From contig JAKUUI010000002.1 of assembly GCA_022448485.1 (NCBI GenBank), positions 18,761 to 82,760 of the forward strand: DNA of 64,000 nt, in the 5' to 3' direction. The stretch's first letter is position 1; each line of letters opens with the position of its first letter. Source of the DNA: SAR324 cluster bacterium (GTDB taxonomy: Bacteria > SAR324 > NAC60-12). Below the pieces are notes generated by a model. The model ran no database searches. It saw nothing but the letters and a program-made list of their open reading frames with translations, and was not told where the DNA came from. A program made the translations under genes and the position numbers. Positions 26,958-36,002 of this stretch are shown here, one piece after another.

Positions 26958-27664
26958 TGCTAAAGATCAACAATTTATCAAGCCGTTATGCTCAGGTAAA
27001 AGTTCTGAACAAAGTTACTTTGAAAGTCAAAGAAGGTGAGATTTTGGGGCTGTTAGGTCGAAACGGAGCAGGAAAATCCACGCTTTTGAAAAGCATTATG
27101 GGTTTAGTTGAAGTTGTTTCCGGAAGTATTTCCCTGGACGAGAACATATTAAGTGAGCAGCAGGCCCACAATATTCCAAAATACGGAATCGGCTATGTCC
27201 CACAAGGAAGGCGTTTGTTTCCAGAGTTGATGGTGGAGGAAAATCTGAAAATGGGGCTTTTGGTGCGAGACAGTTCCACTGATGTTTTGGATTGGGTTCT
27301 TTCTTTGTTTCCTTTGCTGAAATCCCGGATGAAACAAAAATCTGGAACGTTGAGCGGGGGTGAACAACAAATGGTGGCCACTGCCAGAGCTTTGTGTCTT
27401 CAGCCAAAGTATTTGCTAATGGATGAACCCAGTGAGGGGCTTATGCCAAGCATGACTGAAACTATCCTTGAAACTGTGGAAAAACTCAAAACTGAAAACG
27501 TGGGAATATTGCTCGTGGAACAGAAAATCGAAGGCACTTTGCGAGTTTCTGACCGCATTGTTTTTATGGAAAATGGCTCCATTAGTGAAGAATCTGATCC
27601 TCAAAAACTTGCTGAAAATCCGGAATCTTTAATGAAATATGTCGGCGTGAAAGCACGATATTAA
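26954..27664 (+). CDS. ABC transporter ATP-binding protein (LivF-like)
   Basis: 236 aa with Walker A GRNGAGKST, signature LSGGEQQM and Walker B LLMDEP. It overlaps the upstream gene by 4 nt. Confidence 0.85.
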   Translation: MMLKINNLSSRYAQVKVLNKVTLKVKEGEILGLLGRNGAGKSTLLKSIMGLVEVVSGSISLDENILSEQQAHNIPKYGIGYVPQGRRLFPELMVEENLKMGLLVRDSSTDVLDWVLSLFPLLKSRMKQKSGTLSGGEQQMVATARALCLQPKYLLMDEPSEGLMPSMTETILETVEKLKTENVGILLVEQKIEGTLRVSDRIVFMENGSISEESDPQKLAENPESLMKYVGVKARY

Positions 27665-27722
27665 TTTCAGATTTCGGATTTCTGAATATTTTGTTTTCAA
27701 GAGTAAATCAGAAATCAGAAAA

Positions 27723-29150
27723 ATGATGATTCAAAAGTGTGGCAAATACTTGATGCTGATAGGGGGTGGAACTGTAATTCCGCAATTAGCTTTTGCTCAT
27801 GCCGGACATCGTGGATATGTGATGTTGCTGCCCACGGAATTATTTATGGTGGGTGGGGCCGTCGTTGTAGCTTTGACTTTTGCTGCAATGATTTTTGTAA
27901 CTCGAAAATCGACCTCCGGAAAGTTTTTAATCTCAGAAACTTCTGATATTGAAATTCAGCCGAAGTTTTGGGCAAGTTTACTGTCATTGCTGATGTTGCT
28001 GTTACTAGTTTGGATCGGCTTCACCGGAAATAGAGATCCGATGAAGAACCTTTTGACTATGACAGTTTGGGTTTTTTGGTGGATCGGCTTGACGATGGCA
28101 ACTGCTGTATTTGGTAATATTTGGGGAATCGTGAGTCCTTGGCCGGCATTGCTTAAACTGCTCTCGAAATTTCAAAAAATAAGCATTTTTACAAAGCGAT
28201 CTTTAGAAAATTCCAAGCGCTTGGCATATTGGCCTGCAACTTTATTGTTTTTTGGTTTTGCCTGGTTGGAATTGATTCATCCCTCGCCAATGGATCCGGA
28301 AGTATTGGCAAAATATATTTTGCTGTATTTGTTCATTACAACATTAGGGATTATCTTGTTTGGTGGAAAAAGCTGGCTCAAAATGGGGGAACCCTTTACA
28401 GTATTTTTCCGCATGGTAGGCTGGCTTTCACCGATTTATTGGAAATCCTCTGTAGAAAAAAATGAAGAGTTTACCCAACAAATTTCAATCCGCTGGCCTT
28501 GTGCAGGCTTGCTCAGGCCAGAGTCTTTACCTACTGGCGGAGTAGCATTTGTTTTGTTGGTACTTTCCACAGTTTCATTTGACGGATTATCAAAAACTTT
28601 TTGGTGGTTGTCAATTGTAGGAATCAACCCCCTGGAATTTCCGGGGCGTACGGCAATGATTTTGCCAAACACTTTAGGACTTTGTAGTACATTTCTGTTA
28701 TTTTTAGTTGTTTTCTATGCAACTCAGGGACTTGCATCACGGTTGAATCAGGAAGTTCAACAAACGAGTAGTTTTATCTATTCCATGATTCCGATTGCCT
28801 TCGGCTACCACTTTGCTCATTATTTGCCTACTTTTCTTGTTGATATTCAGTATGCTTTTATTGCTCTCTCGGATCCTTTTGGAGTTGGCTGGAACCTTTT
28901 TGGAACTGCAGAATGGACTGTAACATCGTCCTATTTGACGAATTATGATTCTGTGGTTCTGATTTGGTTACTTCAGGTTCTCAGTATTGTACTGGCTCAT
29001 GTTGGAGCGGTGATAGTGTCTCATTTATTACATTTACATGAGTCGGAAAGTCTGCAAAAATCCATGATGGGACAAGTTCCGGCGACTCTGTTGATGATCG
29101 GTTATACTGTTTTTGGACTCTGGCTGCTTTCCACTCCCGTGGTTAGCTGA
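27723..29150 (+). CDS. Polytopic integral membrane protein, unknown family
   Basis: 475 aa with about ten or more hydrophobic spans by eye and an N-terminal AFAHAGHRGYVMLLP segment. I recognise no family motif. It lies between the ABC genes and hyuA on the same strand. Confidence 0.5.
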   Translation: MMIQKCGKYLMLIGGGTVIPQLAFAHAGHRGYVMLLPTELFMVGGAVVVALTFAAMIFVTRKSTSGKFLISETSDIEIQPKFWASLLSLLMLLLLVWIGFTGNRDPMKNLLTMTVWVFWWIGLTMATAVFGNIWGIVSPWPALLKLLSKFQKISIFTKRSLENSKRLAYWPATLLFFGFAWLELIHPSPMDPEVLAKYILLYLFITTLGIILFGGKSWLKMGEPFTVFFRMVGWLSPIYWKSSVEKNEEFTQQISIRWPCAGLLRPESLPTGGVAFVLLVLSTVSFDGLSKTFWWLSIVGINPLEFPGRTAMILPNTLGLCSTFLLFLVVFYATQGLASRLNQEVQQTSSFIYSMIPIAFGYHFAHYLPTFLVDIQYAFIALSDPFGVGWNLFGTAEWTVTSSYLTNYDSVVLIWLLQVLSIVLAHVGAVIVSHLLHLHESESLQKSMMGQVPATLLMIGYTVFGLWLLSTPVVS

Positions 29151-29243
29151 TGTAATTTTTTTATTTGAAAAATAATCATTCACAGTTTTTTATTTGTTTA
29201 CCAAAAAACAAAATATTTTATATTTTTTTAAAACTGAATACTT

Positions 29244-31280
29244 ATGACTCAAATCGTCGGTGTTGATGTAGGGGGTACTTTTACGGATCTTGTTCTTTTT
29301 GACGCATTTGAAGCAAGCGTCAAAATTGCCAAAGTTTTGAGTACCCCTGAAAATCAAGCATTTGGTGTTATGAAAGCCCTTGAATCTGCAGAAGCGACTA
29401 TGAAGCCAATTGATACTGTCATCCACGGTACGACTGTGACGACCAATGCTTTGTTGGAACGTAAAATTAGCCGTGTGGGCCTGATTACAACTCAGGGCTT
29501 TCGTGATGTTCTAGAACTGGGAAGACGTACACGGCCCAAACCTTACGGAATGACAGGAAGTTTTGAATGCATTATCCCCAGGGAATTGCGACTTGAAGTG
29601 AGAGAGCGGATTGATTGTGACGGAGAAATAGTTGAAACGTTGAACGAAGCAGATGTCCGGCAAGCTGTGGAGCAACTACTAAAATCCGGAGTTGAAGCAG
29701 TAATTATCCATTTTCTTCATTCCTACAAAAACGACCTACACGAACGCATGGCAGAAGAAATAGTACAAGACCTATGGCCAAACCGGTTCATTACTCGTGG
29801 CAGTGCATTGGTTTCAGAATATCGTGAATACGAGAGAGGAACTACCGCGGCGATAAATGCTGCAATTCAGCCAGTATTGAATCACTATATTGAACGGTTA
29901 CAGCAAAATCTTAAGGAGGAAGGTTATTCCAAAGACTTGCTGGTCATGCAAGGAAACGGGGGTACGGTTTCTTCAAATATTGTTTCAAAGGATGCCGTTA
30001 AAACGGTAATGTCCGGGCCGGCATCTGGAGTCATGGCCGCTGCGTATACCGCCTCCCAATCCGGATTTAATCGAGTCGTGACTTATGATATGGGGGGAAC
30101 CAGTTGTGATGTTGGACTGATTGTGAACGGTATTCCGCAAGTTACATCAGAACTTGAAATTGAATACGCCATGCCGATTCATGTTCCAATGGTAGATGTG
30201 CACACCATCGGTGCGGGTGGAGGAAGTTTATCTTGGGTTAATGAAGCAGGTTTGTTGCAAGTTGGACCGGAAAGTGCTGGTGCGCAACCAGGTCCGATTT
30301 GTTACGGACGTGGTGGAAGCAAACCAACCATTACTGATGCTAACCTAGTGCTTGGACGCTTGAATCCTGCCACTTTGCTTTCGGTTGATAATCCTGTTTC
30401 GATTGAAACGGTAAGGAATCATTTGATCGAACAGGTAGGGGTGATGCTCGGATTGAAAGACGCAGAAGAAACTGCTTCGGCAATTGTGCGAGTCGCCAAC
30501 ATGAATATGGCTGGTGCCTTGCGTCTTGTTTCACTTGCGAGAGGATACGATCCACGTGATTTTACGCTGTTTGCCTTTGGTGGAGCTGGTCCGCTACATG
30601 CAGTTGCGTTGGCTAGGGAACTTGGGATACCGAAAGTTTTGGTGCCGATGCGCCCTGGGATTACAAATGCTGTCGGATGTGTTGTCGCTGATGTGAGGCA
30701 CGATTATGTGAACTCTATCAATATGCCGTTGGCACAAGCCGACATGGATCAGGTTTATGAAATTTTTTCAACACAGATTTTAGCCGGGAAGAAGATCATT
30801 GAAACTGAGGGAGTAGAGATCGATGAGTTGTTCTTTATTCACGATGTTGACATGCAGTTTCAAGGACAAACACACATTCTCAATTTTCCTGTAAAGGAGA
30901 CGAGAGTCACTCAAGAGTCGTTGCAATCCGAATTTGAAAAAGCGTACTGGAATCGTTTTGGAGTAGAACTTCCAGAAATCCTAGCAGTTTTGGTCAATCT
31001 GCACACAGCCGTAATTGGTCGCCGCAAGCCTGTACCATTGAAGTCGCTGATGTCCGCAGAAGAACAAAAAAATAAGATTGAAGAATGCATTATTGGGAAT
31101 AGGCGTGTTTGGTTTGAAACAGGTTGGGAGAATACGTCCATCTACAAAAGAGAAAAATTCCCAGGGCAAGCAAAATTCAATGGTCCGGCAATTATTGAGC
31201 AACTTGACACCACCATTATTGTTGAGCCAAACAACCAGGTGGAAGTCGATCTAAACGGTAATTTAATTATCTCGCTCTAA
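29244..31280 (+). CDS. hyuA: Hydantoinase/oxoprolinase family, A (ATP-binding) subunit
   Basis: 678 aa. The N-terminal GVDVGGTFTDLVL and the internal DMGGTSCDV are typical of HyuA, N-methylhydantoinase A and the acetone-carboxylase beta family. Confidence 0.85.
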   Translation: MTQIVGVDVGGTFTDLVLFDAFEASVKIAKVLSTPENQAFGVMKALESAEATMKPIDTVIHGTTVTTNALLERKISRVGLITTQGFRDVLELGRRTRPKPYGMTGSFECIIPRELRLEVRERIDCDGEIVETLNEADVRQAVEQLLKSGVEAVIIHFLHSYKNDLHERMAEEIVQDLWPNRFITRGSALVSEYREYERGTTAAINAAIQPVLNHYIERLQQNLKEEGYSKDLLVMQGNGGTVSSNIVSKDAVKTVMSGPASGVMAAAYTASQSGFNRVVTYDMGGTSCDVGLIVNGIPQVTSELEIEYAMPIHVPMVDVHTIGAGGGSLSWVNEAGLLQVGPESAGAQPGPICYGRGGSKPTITDANLVLGRLNPATLLSVDNPVSIETVRNHLIEQVGVMLGLKDAEETASAIVRVANMNMAGALRLVSLARGYDPRDFTLFAFGGAGPLHAVALARELGIPKVLVPMRPGITNAVGCVVADVRHDYVNSINMPLAQADMDQVYEIFSTQILAGKKIIETEGVEIDELFFIHDVDMQFQGQTHILNFPVKETRVTQESLQSEFEKAYWNRFGVELPEILAVLVNLHTAVIGRRKPVPLKSLMSAEEQKNKIEECIIGNRRVWFETGWENTSIYKREKFPGQAKFNGPAIIEQLDTTIIVEPNNQVEVDLNGNLIISL

Positions 31281-31301
31281 ACAATTCAAGAATTTTTTAC
31301 A

Positions 31302-33029
31302 ATGACGAATCTTGATCCAATTACGTTAACCGTGATTCAGAGTGGGTTGCAACAAGTTTGCAATGAGATGGATCTTTCTTTTGTACGTTCAGCATTTAGC
31401 CCTGTGATTTCCGAGGCTCTGGATCGTTCTGATGGTATCTATGCCAAAGAAGACGGAGAACTGATTTCCCAGGGTGAATTAGGATTGCCGGTTTTTGTAG
31501 GCACGATGCAGTTCGGTACCCGGTGCGTGATTGAACGGGCTAAGGATCTTCATCCCGGCGACGTGTTCATCGTCAACGATCCATATTTGGGTGGAACACA
31601 TTTGATGGATGTTCGCTTCGTCAAACCGTTTTTTTATGAAGGAGAACTTTTCGCATGGTTGGCAAATACTGGACACTGGCCGGATACTGGAGGAGCTGTT
31701 CCAGGTGGTTTTTCAGCCAATGCTACTGAAGTTGAACAGGAAGGATTGAGGCTTCCACCGGTAAAACTTTACAAAGCAGGAGTGATGGATGAGGAAATTT
31801 TGTCTATTGTCCTCTCCAACATCCGCATTGCTGATCAACGTATAGGAGACATCAAGGCTCAAGCAGCAGCGCTTACGGTTGGTGAAAAAAGGTTCACGGA
31901 GCTAATAGATCGATATGGTTCGGATACGGTGGAGGGATCCATAAAAGAGCTCAAAAAACGGTCGGCACTGCAAATGCGGACAAAAATAAAGCAAATTCCT
32001 GACGGTCTTTATCATGGTGAAGGTTTTGTAGATTCTGATGGTGTGGTCAATGAGCCTTTGCGGATTGAGATGAAAATTCGTAAAGAAGGCACGGAGTTGT
32101 ATTTTGATATGTCCGGTTCCAGTCCGCCGTGTTTGGGTCCTATGAACAGCGTAATTGCTACTACGAAATCTTCCGTCTATCTGGCTATAAAGCACATTTT
32201 CCCTGAGGTTCCTATTAATGCAGGAACATTTGAACCATTACATATTAAGGATCCTGAAGGTACATTTTTATATGCAAAATATCCGCGTCCTGTTTCAGGA
32301 TGTGCGGCTGAAGTAAGTCAAAGAATTGCTGAAGCTGTGTTTGGAGCGTTGGTAAAAGCTATTCCAGATCAGCTTTTTGCTGCACCAGCAGGAACAAGCG
32401 GGAATCTCTGTATAGGTGGATTTGACCCGAAACGTGACAGAAATTATGTGATGTACGTGATTAGTGGGGGAGGTTATGGAGGCAATTCAAGTAGCGATGG
32501 CCTTTCCAATGGTTGCTCCACAATAGGTATTTCTAAGACTACCCCTGTGGAAGTTATGGAACAGTATTATCCGGTCTTGTTTGAAGAATACTCGTTACAC
32601 GAAGGCTCAGGAGGTGCAGGAAAGCAACGTGGTGGATTTGGAGTGAATTATAAAATCAAACTCCGAAGGGGAAATGCAAAAGTCTCGATGGTGATGGATC
32701 ACGGTCGTTTCGGCCCGCAAGGAGTTTTAGGCGGCAAAGACGGCGGTGTGAACCGAGTCCGTATCGAAAGACACGGAGAAACTTACATCCCACCACATCT
32801 TTCCAAAGATCAAAATGTTATTGTTAAAGAAGGTGATACGATTCGTGTCTCAACGCCAGGCGGGGGTGGTTATGAAAATCCCTTTCTCAGAAATCCTGAA
32901 CTAGTAAAGCACGATGTCCAAAGAGGTTACTACACTACTCAACAAGTGAAAGAAAACTTTGGTGTTGTACTTAATTTCAAGGGAGAAATTGATGAAAAAG
33001 CTACTCAAAAACTCAGGAATGAACAGTAG
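31302..33029 (+). CDS. hyuB: Hydantoinase B/oxoprolinase family subunit
   Basis: 575 aa. It has N-terminal DPITLTVIQSGL and VNDPYLGGTHLMD, typical of HyuB. It is adjacent to hyuA. Confidence 0.85.
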   Translation: MTNLDPITLTVIQSGLQQVCNEMDLSFVRSAFSPVISEALDRSDGIYAKEDGELISQGELGLPVFVGTMQFGTRCVIERAKDLHPGDVFIVNDPYLGGTHLMDVRFVKPFFYEGELFAWLANTGHWPDTGGAVPGGFSANATEVEQEGLRLPPVKLYKAGVMDEEILSIVLSNIRIADQRIGDIKAQAAALTVGEKRFTELIDRYGSDTVEGSIKELKKRSALQMRTKIKQIPDGLYHGEGFVDSDGVVNEPLRIEMKIRKEGTELYFDMSGSSPPCLGPMNSVIATTKSSVYLAIKHIFPEVPINAGTFEPLHIKDPEGTFLYAKYPRPVSGCAAEVSQRIAEAVFGALVKAIPDQLFAAPAGTSGNLCIGGFDPKRDRNYVMYVISGGGYGGNSSSDGLSNGCSTIGISKTTPVEVMEQYYPVLFEEYSLHEGSGGAGKQRGGFGVNYKIKLRRGNAKVSMVMDHGRFGPQGVLGGKDGGVNRVRIERHGETYIPPHLSKDQNVIVKEGDTIRVSTPGGGGYENPFLRNPELVKHDVQRGYYTTQQVKENFGVVLNFKGEIDEKATQKLRNEQ

Positions 33030-33031
33030 CT

Positions 33032-33628
33032 TTAGCGCAGTCCATCATTTTCGGAAATCTGATTAGCTTCTAATCCGCCGACTCTTGCGTGTACACGTCC
33101 TCCTGTTGCCATGACAAGCCCATAAACAATTTCATGTGCCCTTGGTGCGTCCTGAACGTAAACTTCCATTGCGTCAAAATGGCTGCGTACGTAAGATGCG
33201 TTTATGTGCGTGATAGGGATGTCCAAACGAGATCCTATTCCACCGACTTTTTTGGCGGAAGGAACTATGGCTAGTGCTCCTCCTAGGGCTTCTCGCATGG
33301 CATAACCTCCTGGAACGTGCCAGAGTGCGCCGTGTTCCAGTTCACCTGCTTCCCCAACGATTGATCCTTTCCCGTAACTTTGTACCTGATCAGCTCCACC
33401 AAGCAAGTCGATAAGCTTATTTGCTGCATCAAGACCTATTGGTTTCAAGGCATCCATCATAGGGATTATTTTGCTAACGTACTGGCCTGCATAAGGATTT
33501 TCTAATACAATAAGAACCGCACCTTTTTTAATGGGTATCTTGCTGACAGGTCCTCCTTCATGAAAAATATTCTCAACATGGGTCACTATTTTTCTCACTT
33601 TGATCAAATCATTCATTGGAGATCTCAT
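33032..33628 (-). CDS. 'Amino acid synthesis' family protein (AA_synth/DUF1185-type), function unknown
   Basis: 198 aa. It shows the pattern ...ENPYAGQYV...LGG...YGKGSIVG..GELEHG...SHFDAMEVYVQDAPRAHEIV...GGRVHARVGG, which matches my memory of that family. An alternative start at ATG 33616 gives an 8-nt ATGAATGA overlap with the upstream gene. Confidence 0.7.
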   Translation of the reverse strand: MRSPMNDLIKVRKIVTHVENIFHEGGPVSKIPIKKGAVLIVLENPYAGQYVSKIIPMMDALKPIGLDAANKLIDLLGGADQVQSYGKGSIVGEAGELEHGALWHVPGGYAMREALGGALAIVPSAKKVGGIGSRLDIPITHINASYVRSHFDAMEVYVQDAPRAHEIVYGLVMATGGRVHARVGGLEANQISENDGLR

Positions 33629-34487
33629 CTAAATTGTTTTCAATAACAAGCCTTTGTTGTTGTAGTGAAAGATAAGCCGCTTCTATTTTTCCCGCCTTGA
33701 TAAATTTCCTCGCGGTTCGTAAACCTTGATGAAGCGCTTTAGAAGTTTGTTCTTCCGGCAATGGCGGGACATGAACTGTAACTGGAATCCTACCCAAATC
33801 ACTGTCGTCCTTTACTTCCGAAGCAGGTCGTTTTTCGATACCTTGATATTTGATATTAACATCATTTGCGATTAATGTGGCTGCAACATCAGCAATAGAA
33901 GCCGATCTAGCCAATACTGTTACAGCATCAGCAATGCCTAGACTTAGAGAGCGCCCGCGCCAGCCAGATGTTGCAATACCACGGACTGGGCTTTCGTATG
34001 GGAGGCATACTTTGGTGTTTAATTCCGGTATTTCAGCATTATCAACTACTCCTAGAGAATACGAAGAACCTTGGTTCAACCAAAAAGCAATATCCCCACC
34101 GTTATTTACATACATTTTCTGTATATGCTTCAGAAAAGAATCTTGTTTTTTTGCTTCAAACAACAACGTATTGAGAACCTCATCTGCCACTGAGCCGGCT
34201 ACTGCTGCCATTGGTGTGATAAAAACCTGCGAATCACTCACAGCAGCCAGCATTTTCTGAGCAATGCTGCCTTGTGGAACAGGATTATTGATGCTCCATG
34301 GGAGCCTCAGCAAATCCAATTCGGCAACCAGTTCATCCAAGATTGTATTGAAACGATTTTTGGCACAGGAGTACAAGTGTAGGCGTATCTCTTCTGGAGC
34401 TTCGACATGAGCAATTATGTCAATTGGTCCGTGCTGCAAATAAAGACGATCATTCCTCGGCAGCGGTTCAGCATTAGTTTCCTGCAT
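33609..34487 (-). CDS. UPF0280 family protein (ApbE-related fold, as I recall)
   Basis: 292 aa. The segments ITPMAAVAGSVADEV, VNNGGDIAF and GIATSGWRGRSLSLGIADAVTVLA resemble UPF0280/ApbE-like proteins. Confidence 0.55.
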   Translation of the reverse strand: MQETNAEPLPRNDRLYLQHGPIDIIAHVEAPEEIRLHLYSCAKNRFNTILDELVAELDLLRLPWSINNPVPQGSIAQKMLAAVSDSQVFITPMAAVAGSVADEVLNTLLFEAKKQDSFLKHIQKMYVNNGGDIAFWLNQGSSYSLGVVDNAEIPELNTKVCLPYESPVRGIATSGWRGRSLSLGIADAVTVLARSASIADVAATLIANDVNIKYQGIEKRPASEVKDDSDLGRIPVTVHVPPLPEEQTSKALHQGLRTARKFIKAGKIEAAYLSLQQQRLVIENNLDEISNE

Positions 34488-34535
34488 TTATTTGATCTGG
34501 TCCTTCAATAAATTTTGTTAATAAAATATTTAGAG

Positions 34536-36002
34536 TTAATTGTAAGGCCAAGGGTTATCTTGGTTCCATTGAGCAATTAGTGTTTCTCTTTGTTGGGTGA
34601 GGTCTTCCAAATATTGAACTTGCTCCATGTGTCCGCCTAGGGCTTCAAAGTCTGAGAGGTTCATTGTGAATTCAATCGGAGCCACTATAGCTGGGGTAGG
34701 GACACTACCAAAAGAATTTTCAGGCATTTTTGTTACATCGACCATGATCGTGATTCCTCCACCAGGCCAGACATATACAGGAGCCCCTCCGCATGTTATT
34801 CTAGTTAATAAATTTTGAACAGATCGAGTAAGGCTAACAGGGTTTTCAGTGACACCTGCTCTCAAACTACCACCGGCTCCTGCCATGAAAAGTACACTTG
34901 AGCAAGCAGGTTCACAGTTTTCTCCAATTCTATCCACTACTTTTTGAAGAATCTTTGGCATTTTTTGTTCACAAGGTTTGAGATTTTCGTCAAAAACAAA
35001 ATAAGTTGCATCTTCACCAGTTGTACTCACCATTAACAATCTCAAACCTGGATATGTGACACCTTTTTTAATACGATCTATGATTTCAAGAGGATTGGAA
35101 ATATCGGTCCCTCCCCAGCCGTGCCCTGGATTAGCTACCTGAAAATATCTTCCAGGAGTGGAACGCCGACCGCGGACCCTGATTCCGGAAGGTTCCATGC
35201 CTAAAAAGCGACCTGCCTGATGTTCTGAAAGCATGCCGGTTATGTGTTCATCCACTACAATCACTTCATCAACATGTCCATGCCACTGTTTTGCAAAGAT
35301 TCCGATTGTTGCAGAACCACAGCCTACACGCATTCTCTCCTCCTGTTCACCATCTATGATTGGAGCTGAACCCGCTTTAATGACCAGTCTGGAGCCTTCA
35401 TCAACTTCAAATTCTACAGATTTTTTATTTCCCAGGTCCATCATCATTTGGCAGGTAACTCTCCCTTCTTGCTTGCTGCCTCCTGTCAAATGATGAACTC
35501 CTCCAAGAGAGAGCATCTGTGAACCATATTCAGCTGTAATAACGTGTCCAACCTCTTCGCCTTGACAACGAACGGAGGCTTTTTCCGGTCCAACGTAACG
35601 ATCAGTATCGATTTTTATTTTATAGCTACAATAACTGAAGATGCCTTCTGTAACCACGGTGACCATATCCACATCATGATGTCTGCTCGCAATAATAAAA
35701 GGTGCTGGTTTGTAATCCGGATATGTGGTGCCTGCCCCTAAAGCAGTTGGAAAAATTGATTCTGGATTCAAGACGGAGCCGTCCCACTTTTTTGTTTGTT
35801 TTTCAAAAGGAACAACTGCTTCATTTTGGTCAATTACATTTTGAGTAAGGATTACGGGATCTATCCGTTGAAGTTTCCCGTTAAAGTTGCCATAGCGGTC
35901 ACATGATCCGGTTTTCCCTGGGCTAATTCTGCACAGAATCGGACAGGCATCGCAATTGACTTTTTCAGAAGATGTACTCTTTTCTTCAGAATTACTAACC
36001 AT
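34536..36002 (-). CDS. 6-hydroxynicotinate-reductase-like protein with an N-terminal Cys cluster
   Basis: ATG 36002 (MVSNSEEK...) overlaps the hydroxylase stop by 8 nt (ATGGTTAG). The N-terminal CDACPILC...C is a possible Fe-S site. As I recall, proteins of this size found next to UPF0280 and AA_synth genes are annotated 6-hydroxynicotinate reductase in other genomes. I cannot verify homology here. Confidence 0.4.
   Translation of the reverse strand: MVSNSEEKSTSSEKVNCDACPILCRISPGKTGSCDRYGNFNGKLQRIDPVILTQNVIDQNEAVVPFEKQTKKWDGSVLNPESIFPTALGAGTTYPDYKPAPFIIASRHHDVDMVTVVTEGIFSYCSYKIKIDTDRYVGPEKASVRCQGEEVGHVITAEYGSQMLSLGGVHHLTGGSKQEGRVTCQMMMDLGNKKSVEFEVDEGSRLVIKAGSAPIIDGEQEERMRVGCGSATIGIFAKQWHGHVDEVIVVDEHITGMLSEHQAGRFLGMEPSGIRVRGRRSTPGRYFQVANPGHGWGGTDISNPLEIIDRIKKGVTYPGLRLLMVSTTGEDATYFVFDENLKPCEQKMPKILQKVVDRIGENCEPACSSVLFMAGAGGSLRAGVTENPVSLTRSVQNLLTRITCGGAPVYVWPGGGITIMVDVTKMPENSFGSVPTPAIVAPIEFTMNLSDFEALGGHMEQVQYLEDLTQQRETLIAQWNQDNPWPYN

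Noticed and set aside
27665-27722. Short tandem repeats AAATCAG-AAATCAG (27705..27718) and GATTTC-G-GATTTC in the gap before the membrane-protein gene.
   Set aside because: There are only two copies of 6- to 7-nt units in AT-rich spacer DNA. They are not repeated elsewhere in the window and are compatible with chance.
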